This document shows positions 1 to 12,180 of a stretch of DNA of 64,000 bases, one piece after another. This stretch comes from Octopus sinensis. Taxonomy: Eukaryota. The DNA lies in contig NC_043018.1 of assembly GCF_006345805.1 (NCBI RefSeq), positions 9,610,001-9,674,000 of the forward strand, given 5' to 3'. Position 1 is the stretch's first letter; each line of letters starts with the position of its first letter. Both the position numbers and the translations under genes were made by a program. The notes beneath the pieces are model-generated. The model did no database searches. It had not been told where the DNA came from and saw only the letters and a list, made by a program, of their open reading frames with translations.

Positions 1-129
1 CATGAATCACACACATACATGCCCATGCCACACGCACATATATACATACATAAATATATTTATAGATAGTTTACATACACATAAATAGATAGACGTGTAC
101 ACACACACACATATACATACATGCGGGCG

Positions 130-164
<35 letters not shown>

Positions 165-419
165 GGCCGATTGTCTAATGTGGTTGATGTAAGATTGCAG
201 TAAATGTCAGGTTATGTAATTACAAAGTAAGTTATGAGGGGAACAGGTTTACTTGGTGAGGGTTTTTTTGTTAGTTTTTAAGATTTTCTTTGCCCGTTTT
301 TCTCTTCACCAGACAATTGGAAACAGGAAAAGAAACAACACTCAGTAAATAAATAGATAAATAAACCAAAAGATTCAAGGAAATATTTGAACGCAATTAT
401 AACCCGTAATTATCCAAAT

Positions 420-655
<236 letters not shown>

Positions 656-657
<2 letters not shown>

Positions 658-799
658 CTCTTTTACTCTTTTACTTGTTTCAGTCATTTGACTGCGGCCA
701 TGCTGGAGCACCGCCTTTAATCGAGCAACTCGACCCTGGGACTTATTCTTTTGTAAGCCCAGTACTTATTTTATTGGTCTCTTTTGCCAAACCGCTAAG
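656..799 (-). mobile_element. SINE family A, 3' half
   Basis: TACTCTTTTACTTGTTTCAGTCATTTGACTGCGGCCATGCTGGAGCACCGCC consensus. Confidence 0.8.
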
Positions 800-967
800 T
801 AACATTGTTTACCTTAAAGCTAGATGCTGGTTGTATAGTGACAATTGTAGCATACAAAGACATTTGTATACACATATACATACACGTACATATACATATA
901 TGCATAATACATACTGATTTATATATACTTATATGTATATTTTCATACATGCAGAGAGATTGTGTAA

Positions 968-1160
968 AGGCGCGTGGCCTAGTGGTTAGGGGCGTTGCAC
1001 TCGCGATTGTGAGATCGTGGTTTCGTTTCTCAGACCGGATGTACGTTGTGTTCTTGAGCAAAACATTTTATTTCACGTTACTCCAGTCCACTCGGCTATA
1101 AACGGGTAACCCTGCGATAGAATAGCCTTCCGATCAGGGGGAATGATGGCCTGCTCTCCT
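968..1160 (+). mobile_element. tRNA-derived SINE (further family)
   Basis: GGCGCGTGGCCTAGTGGTTAGGG head and a degenerate B-box; related heads near 34680, 43980 and 48520. Confidence 0.6.
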
Positions 1161-1618
1161 AATACCATACATGCATGCATGGCTGATGGACTCCCTCGTT
1201 GTATTCGACGAATGCGTGCCACAGAAATTTACTGACTGTTTTTAACTCTGTTTTCGAGTTTGTCGTCTGCGAGACACCAGACGTGCTTTGTTTTTGCAAA
1301 CCAGACCGCATCCTTCACGCACAAAATATGGAAAGGAAACTCCATCCTTTTGAACTTGCTTTAGCTCACCTGGGTGCGCAATCCTTGTGTTGATATGGCA
1401 CCTGGTGCCATTTCGACAGAAATCCACCAATTACGGTCAACAGCACATTCCTCAAATTGTGATGCTTTCGTGTGTGTGTGTGTGTGTGTGTGTGCGTGCG
1501 TGCGTGTGTGTGTGAATGCATGCATGTATATTTATGTTCACGAAATGAAAATTAGCTAAGGTACAGAAAAAACCCAGACATATGTAATATATACACAGAT
1601 ATATATTTATATATAATA

Positions 1619-1982
1619 CTAGCACTATGACCCAGCGTTGCTGGGTTATAGTGCTAGTGCATGCATATACAGCTACGTGCGTGCACACATACACGTGAGT
1701 ACTGTCCAAATCTCCGACCAATCACATACAGCTAGCTGGCTTTCAATTGGTGTATCAAGTTTTGGGCATTTTGATTGGGTTTTGGATTGAAAATTCACAA
1801 AAAAGTCACTTCTATTGATTTTTTAATGGCTTTGCGTGGTGACTGGGGAAATGTAAAGATATGCACGACCACCCTTGGACGGTTTTGAATGACCATAGAA
1901 AGTACGAGCCCTCTAACTGAAAAATTGTGGATTTGTATAAAGGACACGCACACAGACATTTTGCCGTTTATATATAAAGAGA
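1619..1982 (-). mobile_element. Non-autonomous Helitron-like element, family 2
   Basis: TC start, CTAG|t end and terminal palindrome; second copy at about 27220-27568 on +. Confidence 0.7.
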
Positions 1983-3233
1983 TACTTGGATCTTCACCTT
2001 TTTGACGTTTTCTTCCTCCATCCTTCTCTAATTCCCTTGTTCTCCCCATCCTCCTTCACCGTTTTCTATCTGTCTCTCTCTCTCTCTTCTTTCTCTCCCT
2101 ATCTCTCATTGCTCACACGTGACCATCGTTCACCTTTCTTTTCCTCACGTGACCCATCTGTCTTCTGCACGGACGTTTAAAAAATGGACGTGTTTTTCTC
2201 TCTTCTATCCTTTCTCTTTTCAAAAAAAGAAAAAAATGTTCCTCTCAGCGTTCAATATTTTCATCTCGTTCTGTTCTAACGACCTCCATGTCTGTTTTCG
2301 TTCGGTTTCTTTGTATGTCTCCACTGTCATTTTTCTGTTCCCAACTTTGACCCTTTATAAACCCTACATTTTATTTTATAATTTATGGGAGCAACTGTCT
2401 TTGAAAACTCATATTGTCGCTGAATGCTCGAAATGAGGAGTAGATAGACAGCCAACTACTGATGAAGGGTCCTTTCTCTCCGTTTACTTGTCCTGTTTTC
2501 CATTTTTTCTCGTTGTTTACGTATTTCATGTTATAACACGAGGATGGAGAACCAAATAACGACATAAGAGCCCTTAAATGCATGTTACGAGGTTTTTTTT
2601 TTACCTGGATTATATTATATACTAGACTACCTGTGAGCTGTTGGGTCACCGGGGAAGTCTGAGTTTCCCAGCAACGGAGTTCTTTCGTGTTTTTTTCTTC
2701 TTTTCCGTGTTATTTTGCATACTTTCAATGAATGTGGCATCGAAATCACGTGTAAACGTCTCCTTTCCCCAGAAAAGGAAAGATTTGGCTGCTATTTCTT
2801 GCACGCCCTGCTACCACGTAATAGTCATTTGGGGTCCTTTATCACAGATAGCTGTTATGTGATAGCAGGGTGTGCTAGAAATAGCAGCCAAATCTTTAGC
2901 GGTGAGATACGTTGAATGCACTCGAAAGAAACCTATGGAAAAAAAAAAAACTATTTCATATCGAGGTTACTAACGGGTCTTTTACGAAACATTTACCGTA
3001 TTTTTAAAGTCATTTTCACTTAAAAATATTTGGCCTATCACCCCAAACCCCGAATATCTCAGTAACTACTGGTCCGATTTACGTGAAACTTGACTTATTC
3101 CGTTCGTATTCACATTTCAGGGGCACTTTACTTTCAAAGTATTTTCCCACTATGCGCCAGTTTGATTGTATAACATTGCAATCATGCAAGATTGAACTTC
3201 ACTTTTAATAGCATTTAGATGTATATGGATCAT

Positions 3234-3264
<31 letters not shown>

Positions 3265-3765
3265 CATATATATCTGCCTCTCCACACCCACATCTGTACA
3301 TGTTATGTCTACGTCTGTCTCTAACCCCTAATAACCACAACCTCACTCTTGTCATGTGGCAAGGGAACGAATGAGGTGAACTAGTTATAAGATTTTAAAG
3401 ATTTTATGTTGGCAACATATGATCGAATTTTGTGTAATGTTTACATTTAAACAATTTTAAGTGAGTCACCAACGACATGCAACGTTTGGAGTTTCATATC
3501 GATCAACCACGTTTTGACAGCTAGTTCAATATTTAGCTTATCCACACACACACAACTGTACCAGTTGTTAGTGAAACGTGTTTTAAAAAATCTAATATAG
3601 GTTATTGATTCTAGAGTTGGATATTTTTCTTTCACACACAAATCATGTCACTGTGACTTTAATTTGTAAATTATGGCGGGGAGTTAGCAAAGTAATGAGA
3701 GCGTCGGACGTGTAAGGGAAAAAAATAAGGCTGAAGTCTGTCGAGATTTTGATTAAACAACAATT

Positions 3766-4185
3766 GGATCTTTTCGGTTTGAACGGCAGTTTTTAACATA
3801 ATTTCTAGGTAACTAAAATATTTTAAACTTCGTATACTGGTAGAATGTGTTTATAAAACATCTTTTTCTCTTGGCTATTTTCAGAAAATTCTATAGTTTG
3901 TAAGATATTTGGTCTTTAATTTCTTCAATTTCAACCAATCACTGACGTCTATTGAGGTAAAAAAAAAACATTCTGTGCCGTATGAATATGTCCCTCATTT
4001 AAGAAACAGATTGGGTTTATTTACATTTGCGAAGAAAAAAAGATACCTTTCCCCCTAACCAACCCTAACTAACCCTAACCCTAAAACAGATTGAAATGCA
4101 ATAGATCGATACTAGGGTCATAATTATGGGTGACAATTTCATATGACACCGCTAGAAAAAACTGCCGTTCAAACCGAAAAGATCC
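3766..4185. mobile_element. MITE with GGATCTTTTCGGTTTGAACGGCAG TIRs (Merlin-like)
   Basis: TIRs plus an exact 8-bp TSD CAACAATT. Confidence 0.85.
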
Positions 4186-4429
4186 CAACAATTTATTCTT
4201 TTCGTACACAAGAAGTGATTAGTTGTCGTTACTTACAAACGACAAAACGTCGAGAGAGATTTTGTTCTTGGTTTAGTTGTAGTAGCAGATAGAGTGTGGT
4301 TAGTTATTTGCCGGTTACTGACTTCTAATGTCGTTCGATCTCCGACTTTGTGTTGTCGGCTGCTGTCAATGCTTTCTCTGTTGCATCTCAAAGCTCACCC
4401 TTTAGTGATCACAACATACTGAATTTATG

Positions 4430-4560
4430 CTGTTCGATAGGCTCAGACGGAAGCGCACCTAAAGAAAAAAAATTTCATTGCTTGAGCTTGTTCGTCGCGA
4501 TTGGTCAGTTTTTGTTGATCACGTGGGGAATATTCTAGCGAATCGTGATGTCGGGTGATT
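4430..4560. promoter_or_regulatory. Candidate promoter region
   Basis: CpG-rich unique sequence with CGGAAG, ATTGG and CACGTG motifs; a perfect minus-strand donor GTAAGT lies at 4231-4236. Confidence 0.25.
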
Positions 4561-5576
4561 GCTGAATATTCGTGCTACAGAAGCAATCCTTTCTACTATA
4601 GGCACAAGGCCTGAAATTTGGGGGAAGGGAATAGTCGAGTGCATAACTGGTACATAAATTATCGACCCTGAAAGGATGAAAAGCAAAGTCGATCTCGGCA
4701 GAATTTGAACTCAGAACGTAGCGACGGGCGAAATACTGCTAAGCATTTCGTCCAGCGTGCTACCGATTCTGCCAAGCTCACCGTCTTCCTGCTACAGACG
4801 TAATGCGTTTGTAGGATTTGTTTTTGCATCCAGACGAAGTCAACTTTGCCTTTCGGCATAAGAATCTGTTCTGTTGCAAGCGTTCGAACCAAGTCTCCGG
4901 TTTTGAAGATATATTCTTCCCTCCATCCCTCCAGCAAGTTGCAAGAGACCTTTAAAAAGCCGTGGACAAAACCCTCCGTCCTGGACTAATTGATAAAAAA
5001 GAAATGGAGTTTTACTGTCAATATACAAATGGATGAAGGCGGCGAGCTGGCAGAAACGTTAGCGTGTCGAACAAAATGCTAGCGGCATTTCTTCCGAGTT
5101 TACGCTTTGTGTTCAAATGTCGCCGGGATCGATTTTACCGTTCATCTTTTCGGAGTGGACAAAAAAAAGGTACCAGTTGAACACTGGGATCAATGTAATC
5201 GACTTTCTCCCTTCCTCGAAACTGCTGGCCTCGTGCCAAAATTTGAAACCAATATGCTGTTGAATGGAATCAGTGGATTGGCAGATTCGGTAGAACATGA
5301 CCATGTTCTTGTTTTAACCTTTTATATGTGTGTTTGTGTATTTTCGTGTGAGTCACAGTTCATTTGGGAGAATAAAGTTCCTAAACCTATAATAATATTA
5401 ATCATCGTTTCTAGACTTTCACAGCCTTATCATCAGGTTATGTAGTGATGGGTGTAACTGCCTCACATTTTGATAGATACATATAAAGAAATTAGTTTAC
5501 CTACACCACAAAAAGAAGCATATACACATGGTGATAACATTTTACATCCTGAAAATGGGTCTGTGATAGACTAAAT

Positions 5577-5778
5577 CAGTGCTTTTCAAACTTTTTGCTG
5601 AAGCGGAACCCCAAGGAAACATTCCACTGGCTCGAGGAACCCCTGTGCAATAATTTAATTGTCTTATGCACACATATCTGCACAGGAGAATTAAAAATTA
5701 CTGTCGATTTCAGCATTTTTGTAACTTTCTTGCGGAACCCCTGGACTGTACTGGCGGAACCCTGGTTGAAAACCACTG
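5577..5778. mobile_element. hAT-type MITE
   Basis: CAGTG..CACTG termini; 8-bp TSD GACTAAAT/GTCTAAAT. Confidence 0.7.
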
Positions 5779-6849
5779 GTCTAAATACTTTGACGATTGC
5801 AATAGATTTGACTATCTAGTTTTTCAAGCCAACTGTAGTATACTCATGAAAATATGAAAAGCTCTAACAGAAAAAAAAATTGTTTTTGGTATTCAATTAC
5901 GGCCTTTTTAAGTATTGAGCCCAAGTCTCGCCGTGATCCACTTTGCTTGTCATTCTGTTGTTTTTTTTATTTGTGGGGTCGATAAAATGAAGTACCAGTC
6001 ATGTGCTGGGATCGATGTAGTCGACTAAACTCATTCTCTTATTTCGAGGTCATGTGCATGTTTTAGAAATTGACATAATGCCAGAAGATTTTGTTGAGCC
6101 CTTGATTAATCCTGATCCGCTAGACTCTTCAGCTAAAGTGTTCCAATTATAACCATCCCGCTGACTTGGGCATTTGTGGAACGTATAGTTTCTAGTATGC
6201 CCTGTCCTTATGTAAGACAGTAGGGTATGATTTAAGAGAGATTTAGCTGTTATTTCTAGCAGTGAGAACGACCGCTAGAGGCTCTCTGGTTAGATTGTTG
6301 TTGTTGTCTGTGTTGACGTTTAGCCATAGGTCCGTCCTGGTCCAGCTGACATATAGTCAAAGGATTTCCAGCTGTGGCCATCCCGTCTTTTTTCCCCCTA
6401 GATATAATTGTATTTAGAACTAACAATGGCAATGTGTGATTTGAGGGAGATTTAACTGGTGTTTCTAGCAGACCAAAAAACTTTGATGAGGCTCCCTCTT
6501 TTGGTTATTTCGAGAAGGCAGAGCACTGACATTGACGGCCTCCTTTTTGGCGCATCAGAAGATCACAGAGGCATAGCATGGGCAAGACCACAGGGACACT
6601 TGCCCCTACGTATAAAATTCTCAAGAGCGCAAAATTTCAAAAGACAAAAAAATATTCCTTTTATCATTGTCACTGGACTGTGGCCATGCTGGGACACTGC
6701 CTTGAAGCGTTTGGTCGAACAAATGAATCCCAGTAGTTATTTTTAAAAAGTTTTGTGCTTATTCTATTGGGCCTTTTTGCCGAACCGCTTAGTTATGGGG
6801 ACATAAACAAACCAACAAAGAAATAAACGATTAGCTTATGAACTTCATT

Positions 6850-6931
6850 AGCCTACAGCTGTTTCTGTTCTAAGATGCTGTGGACTCAGAGTCGAGGTGC
6901 CTGAATAACACCTTATAGCTTCATCGAAGCC
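6850..6931 (-). ncRNA. Hammerhead-like motif, inverted paralogue of 7016-7087
   Basis: Minus strand: GGCT-TCGATGA-A-GCTATAAG..CTTAGAAC-A-GAAAC-AGCT-GT-A-GGCT. Confidence 0.5.
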
Positions 6932-7015
6932 TCGAATGTGAAGTGCAATTTATTTTTGGAAAAAAACAAAAAACAAAAACAAAAAAAAAACAGATAAATT
7001 ACATTTCGTATTCGA

Positions 7016-7087
7016 GGCTCCGATGAAGCTATAAGGTGTTACTCAGGCATTCAATTATGTATCTTATAGCAGAAACAGCTGTGAGCC
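7016..7087 (+). ncRNA. Hammerhead-like motif, variant core
   Basis: GGCT-CCGATGA-A-GCTATAAG..CTTATAGC-A-GAAAC-AGCT-GT-G-AGCC. Stem I is 4 bp and stem II is 8 bp; U4C change, and G at the cleavage position. Confidence 0.55.
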
Positions 7088-7168
7088 AATGAAGTTCATA
7101 AGATAATCGCTTATTGTTTTATCTCATTTTCTCTCTCTCTCTCATTCACTCACACACACACACACGCA

Positions 7169-7210
<42 letters not shown>

Positions 7211-8415
7211 TGTATGTATTCTAAGTCCCAAAGGAGGGTCTATCAGCTGAGTAAACAGAGCGGAGAGAGTGGGTATATTGTGTTGGCGGTGGTTGTAGTA
7301 TCAGTAGATTAAACAGAGGGGGGAGGGTACAGTGTGTCGGTGTACCAGGCCGCCATTACACCAATTGTATCCCTTGTCTATGGAAATCGCTATTCAAATT
7401 ACATATTTGTTATTTAAGTGAAAGTCCTTATGAATACAAATTTCTGTGTTTATGAGATCGATAAAACAGAATGAAACGATGTAATATATATTATTTTCCT
7501 TGTGCAAGATCGATGGAAACAAGTCCGTTAACCACTGCACATATATTTATATTATTATTAGTTGTTTTCATTTACTATATCCAAACAGCTGAACTCCTGG
7601 AACTGTTCCATTTGTAAAATTGATTTGTTAAAAGACTGCTTGTAGTAACGCAATTAACGATGTCTTGTTAAGCTATTATTGTAGGCAAGTCGTCTTTGAT
7701 CTCTCTGATCTCTTCTCAGCTGGTTTTATTAATTCAAGGTCAGTACAACATAGTACAATATAAACACAATAGTAAATTGTGTTTTGTAGTAAAAGTACAA
7801 GCTGGTAGAGCTGGGACGAGGGCGAGCAAGTTCTTAAAAGAGGGCGGATATGGATTGTGTGAGCCGAAGGTTTGGCTGGTGGAAATGGGGGTCGGGAGAG
7901 AAATACACAAAATCTATAGTATCGTTTTGTATAAATACTATATGAAAATCTTTTTTTTTCTTCTCCATTTTCTGTGTTTTTTTCTCGTTCTTGTTATTAT
8001 CCATATGTAAAATACAATGTTGCTATTGTGACCTTTTTAAGTCATTGCTGGTTCGTGATGATGGGTGGTGGAAGCGATGTAGATGTAGATGATGATGATG
8101 ATGACGACGATTAGTATAGCGAATGGAGTATGGGAAATATATTAGGCAAGCCTTTGGGGTTTGAAATCATAAAAACAAAATACAGTACCCTGCCCCCAAT
8201 GAAAAGCAAATTGTGTTAAACGCTCAATGGTGTCTTTATGGTGATCCTTCATTACATGGGTGGCATGGGTGAGGGCCCTAAAAGTGCCCAAGACACGAAC
8301 ATACATCGTAACGACATCTCTAAGATTCCAAGATGATTTGAGGGCGTCTCATAGCATGGAGTCTTATCGGATTATCTGAGTAGAGTTACAGGTAAATAAT
8401 GATATAATTTTAAAC

Positions 8416-9095
8416 CAGTGGTTCCTAAACTTTTTTAGGTACCCCCGGGTCACGTTTCCGAGTGTCTACCCCTCCCTACTCACCACCACAAAGCATAAAC
8501 CACTTTCTGTATCAGATTCAAAACAACTCTATATCTTTATATATAAAAGAGAGGTTGTGTGTCTGTCTCCTACGATTTAGATTCCTAACTACTCCCACAT
8601 TTTGCGGTGCAGTGTAACCAAAACCGGGTATCTTATAGTCGTGATTCATATCGAGCCCTTCTGGGTATTAGCACGCGTCTACGATGAGTCTACGATTTAA
8701 AAAAACATTTTCCATAATTTTTCCCCCATTTTTAATGCATTTTTTGCTATTATATAAGGGAAGTAACTCTCTAAAAATGTATTATTAAATCTCAGAACGT
8801 AAAAAGCTACAGTAACACCCCCCCCTTTGAGGTTAGCCATATTGAGATGGCTATTATACTTTACATCTCTAAAAATGCTTATGTAGTTATTTCCCTTACA
8901 AACCCGAGCAACGCCGGGCGATACTGCTAGTCACACATAAAACCGAATCTAATTAACCCATTATTTATTTTGAGGAGGTTGGTGGACGGGGAAAGGGGTT
9001 GCATACATCGCGCCACTTTTCTTCAACGTCCCTCTGAATGCTTCCACCGCTCTCAGGTGGGTGAGGGGTAGTACCGTCCACCTTGGGAAACACTG
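8416..9095. mobile_element. hAT-type non-autonomous element containing a Helitron
   Basis: CAGTGGTTCCTAAAC ... GGGAAACACTG termini; TSD only partly matched. Confidence 0.5.
8534..8930 (+). mobile_element. Non-autonomous Helitron, family 1
   Basis: a|TCTTTATATATAAAA 5' end, subterminal hairpin CCCGAGCAACGCCGGG, CTAG|t 3' end; four copies in the window. Confidence 0.85.
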
Positions 9096-9581
9096 ATTTA
9101 AAACAAGGTGTTTCTGATTATATAATTCGACAGATTTTATGTCTTGCAAGTAACCAAAGTAGCTTATCGCCATTTGTTAGTTTTTGACAGACATTGTTGG
9201 CATTCCTTGTGTTAGAAACAAGATAATAGTCGCCAGCGACACTAGCCAATGGAGGAGCTTCTGCACGGTCGATCGACTTGCTAGAAAGAACAGCCAAACT
9301 TTTCTCAAATTACACTATTTCACTCTATATAAATAGAAAACATTGAACAATAGTGTCCTAGATATAGAAAAAAGACAGGGTGATCTTCATTAGAAGAATG
9401 TCTTTCATTGTAGGTCTGCTATATTTGGACTAATTGCGGGCTAAAAAACAACACAGATTAATTTGAGAATAGAGAGTGTGTGTGTGGGGGGGGGGGAGTT
9501 TACGAAAAAAACAAAAGACGAAGACAGGTGGTGTACAAAACAAACAGATGTATTAGTATAACGCTCAGGAATAGAAAAAGT

Positions 9582-9617
9582 CTTTTACGTTTCGAGCCTA
9601 CGCTATTCTACAGAAAG
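9582..9617 (-). ncRNA. Degenerate hammerhead-like motif inside an interspersed repeat
   Basis: Minus strand: CTTT-CTGTAGA-A-TAGC-GTAG-GCTC-GAAAC-GT-A-AAAG; core position A6 is T. Confidence 0.35.
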
Positions 9618-9678
9618 GGACACAGAAAAAACAAGGAGAGAAAAAAATGTGTGTAGTGGCTAACGATCTATCATGGCG

Positions 9679-9711
<33 letters not shown>

Positions 9712-9750
9712 TAAAAGTCAGGTTTTTGAAGTTTTCTTTTCTTCTTACAG

Positions 9751-9768
9751 AGTTGTTGGCTTATAAAG
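9751..9768 (+). CDS. Candidate 18-nt microexon (SCWLIK in phase 0)
   Basis: Strong acceptor ttttcttttcttcttacag and donor AAG|gtacct; phase-compatible with exon A. Confidence 0.3.
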
Positions 9769-9799
9769 GTACCTCGATGCAGACATGTCTGCTTGTACA

Positions 9800-10290
9800 C
9801 GTACCCTTATGCCCGCTTGTAGAGGTGTTGACTTGTAGAAATGGTTCTAATACAGATGTTTCTTTTTGTAAAATATATTCTCTTGTAAAAATGTTCCTCA
9901 CGTAGGAAGGGTCCTCACGTAAAATTGTCCCTTTGTAGAGGTGTACATTTGTTGAAATGTCCTTATGTAGAAGTCCCCATTTGTAGTGACATTCTCTTAT
10001 AGAAATGTCTTCTTATAGAGGCGGACACTTGCAGAAGTATTCTCACATAGACGTTTCCTAAGTATCTTGAAAAGGTGTACACTTATAGAATTATCTTCAT
10101 GCAAAAGTCTCCTTGGAGAGGTATTCTCTTGAAGACATGTCCCCCTGCGAACGTGTCTTTGTGCAGAAGTCTTATTTAGCTTAAATTTCTTCATTCCTCA
10201 TGCAGAAATCTCCTTTTGTTGAGGTGTTCTCATGTGGAAATGTCCACTTGTAGAGCTATCCTTGTTCACAAATGTCCTCTTACAAAAACA
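9800..10290. repeat. Degenerate tandem array with a period of about 16 bp
   Basis: Recurrent TGTAGAAATGTCCTCT-like units. Confidence 0.6.
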
Positions 10291-10428
10291 ACACTGTGTC
10301 AGTTCTCGATTCTAAACATAACTCTTTTTTAATAATTCTACTTATTTCAGTTTTTTTCTTCCTGTTTTCCAGAATCTTACAGCAATTTCGTCTTTCTTAT
10401 TTTCTTTTCTCTTCTCTTGTAACTTCAG

Positions 10429-10557
10429 CAAAACATCGAAGATGTCCCGTTTTGTCACAACTATATTGGAACTCAGCAATCTTTAGGTCATCTTCGAGAC
10501 ATTGATGGACATATCATAGAATTCAAAGAAAAACTAGATGAACTAAAAAAGGATAAG
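10429..10557 (+). CDS. Internal coding exon A of an unidentified multi-exon gene (QNIEDVPFCHNYIGTQQSLGHLRDIDGHIIEFKEKLDELKKDK)
   Basis: Long pyrimidine tract ending ttcag, 129 nt open in phase 0, donor AAG|gtaagg; joins exon B in frame. Confidence 0.75.
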
Positions 10558-10794
10558 GTAAGGCATTATTCAATTACTAATTGTCATGTTCCAGTCTCTG
10601 GCCCACAGCTTGTACCGTTTCCTTTCTCTCTCTCTGTCTGTCTGTCTTTTCTATCACAAGTATAACAGTATGGCTTGTCTCATTCCTCCAATACCACCTC
10701 ACTTGTCTTTCCACCTTTTGTCACTCATGGTGCATCTTCCCTCTCAACCCACACTGACCACTGTTCTCAACCCTTTCTCTCCCAGTCATCAACC

Positions 10795-11305
10795 CTTGTG
10801 CAGAAAGAGTACAAGCGCAGACATGACAAAGTAGCCTAAAACCTCCACTAGCTACTATGCTGTAAGTATGGACATGAGGTTACCAGTGCTTGGTACCAAC
10901 ATACACTGGAAAAGATAATGGATGTAAAGGGGAATGCAAAAATCCTCTGGGACTTCGATTTCCAGACAGACAAGGTGTTAGAGCATTGAAACCAAATATA
11001 GTAACCTTTAGGAGGGACAAACAAGAGTGCCTAATAATCGACATAGCAGTGCCAGGAGATCAACACATCATCATAAAAGAAAAAATTGATAAATATGGAG
11101 ACCTGAGAATTGAGATCGCTAAGACGTGGTAGCTACGAGAGTCGAACATAATGGTTATCCCTGTTGTCATTGGAGCATTGGGTTCAATACCACCTAATTT
11201 GAAAAAACATCTGAAAACCTTAGAAATACCCTACAATCTAGATGTATTGCAAAAGTCGGCATTACTTGGAATTGAATGCATATTGCGTAAAGTACTGTCT
11301 GTCCG
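10795..11305 (+). mobile_element. R4/Dong-like LINE 3' fragment (RLE endonuclease domain)
   Basis: YKRRHDKVA..KILWDFDFQTDKV..PNIV..CLIIDIAVPGDQ..KIDKYGDLRIEI..VIPVVIGALGSIP..LQKSALLG; disrupted by stops and frameshifts. Confidence 0.8.
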
Positions 11306-11434
11306 AGGTCCTTGTTGTGACTTGACAAATAGTACAAGCCCCCTGGTTAACAAAATATCTTCAATCAAAAACCTCATGATTTTGTATACTGTGCGATGTC
11401 TATAATCATAATGATACAATCCTCTTTAGTACAA

Positions 11435-11435
<1 letters not shown>

Positions 11436-11511
<76 letters not shown>

Positions 11512-11814
11512 ACACCACCACCACCACCACCACCATCACCACCACCACCACCATCAACACCATCATCATCATCGTTTCAAATTTTTGCCACAAGGGCAGC
11601 TTGGTGGAGGTGGGGATTAGTCAATTACATCGACCCCTGTGCGTAACTGGTATTTAATTTTATTGATCCCAAAAGGATGAAAGGCAAAGTCGACCTTGGT
11701 AGGATTTGAACTCAGAATGTAGCAACAGGCAAAATACTGCTAAGCATTTCGCTCAGCATGCTAATGATTCTGCCAACTTGTCACCTTAATAATAATAATA
11801 ATAATAATAATAAC

Positions 11815-11858
<44 letters not shown>

Positions 11859-12180
11859 CACCACCACCACCACCACCACCACCACCATCACCACCACCAC
11901 CACCACCACCACCATCAACACCATCATCATCATCGTTTCAAATTTTTGCCACAAGGGCAGCTTGGTGGAGGTGGGGATTAGTCAATTACATCGACCCCTG
12001 TGCGTAACTGGTATTTAATTTTATTGATCCCAAAAGGATGAAAGGCAAAGTCGACCTTGGTAGGATTTGAACTCAGAATGTAGCAACAGGCAAAATACTG
12101 CTAAGCATTTCGCTCAGCATGCTAATGATTCTGCCAACTTGTCACCTTAATAATAATAATAATAATAATAATAACAACAA
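11436..12180. repeat. Tandem duplication of a unit of about 360 bp (AAT/CAT/CAC arrays plus SINE B)
   Basis: The non-microsatellite part appears identical in both units. Confidence 0.9.

Noticed and set aside
313-344. 32-nt + strand exon candidate (caccag acceptor, gtaaat donor)
   Set aside because: Cannot be linked in frame or by homology to the other exons.
1242-1450. Unique-looking sequence with short ORFs, possibly a transposase remnant
   Set aside because: No diagnostic motif in any frame that I could recognise.
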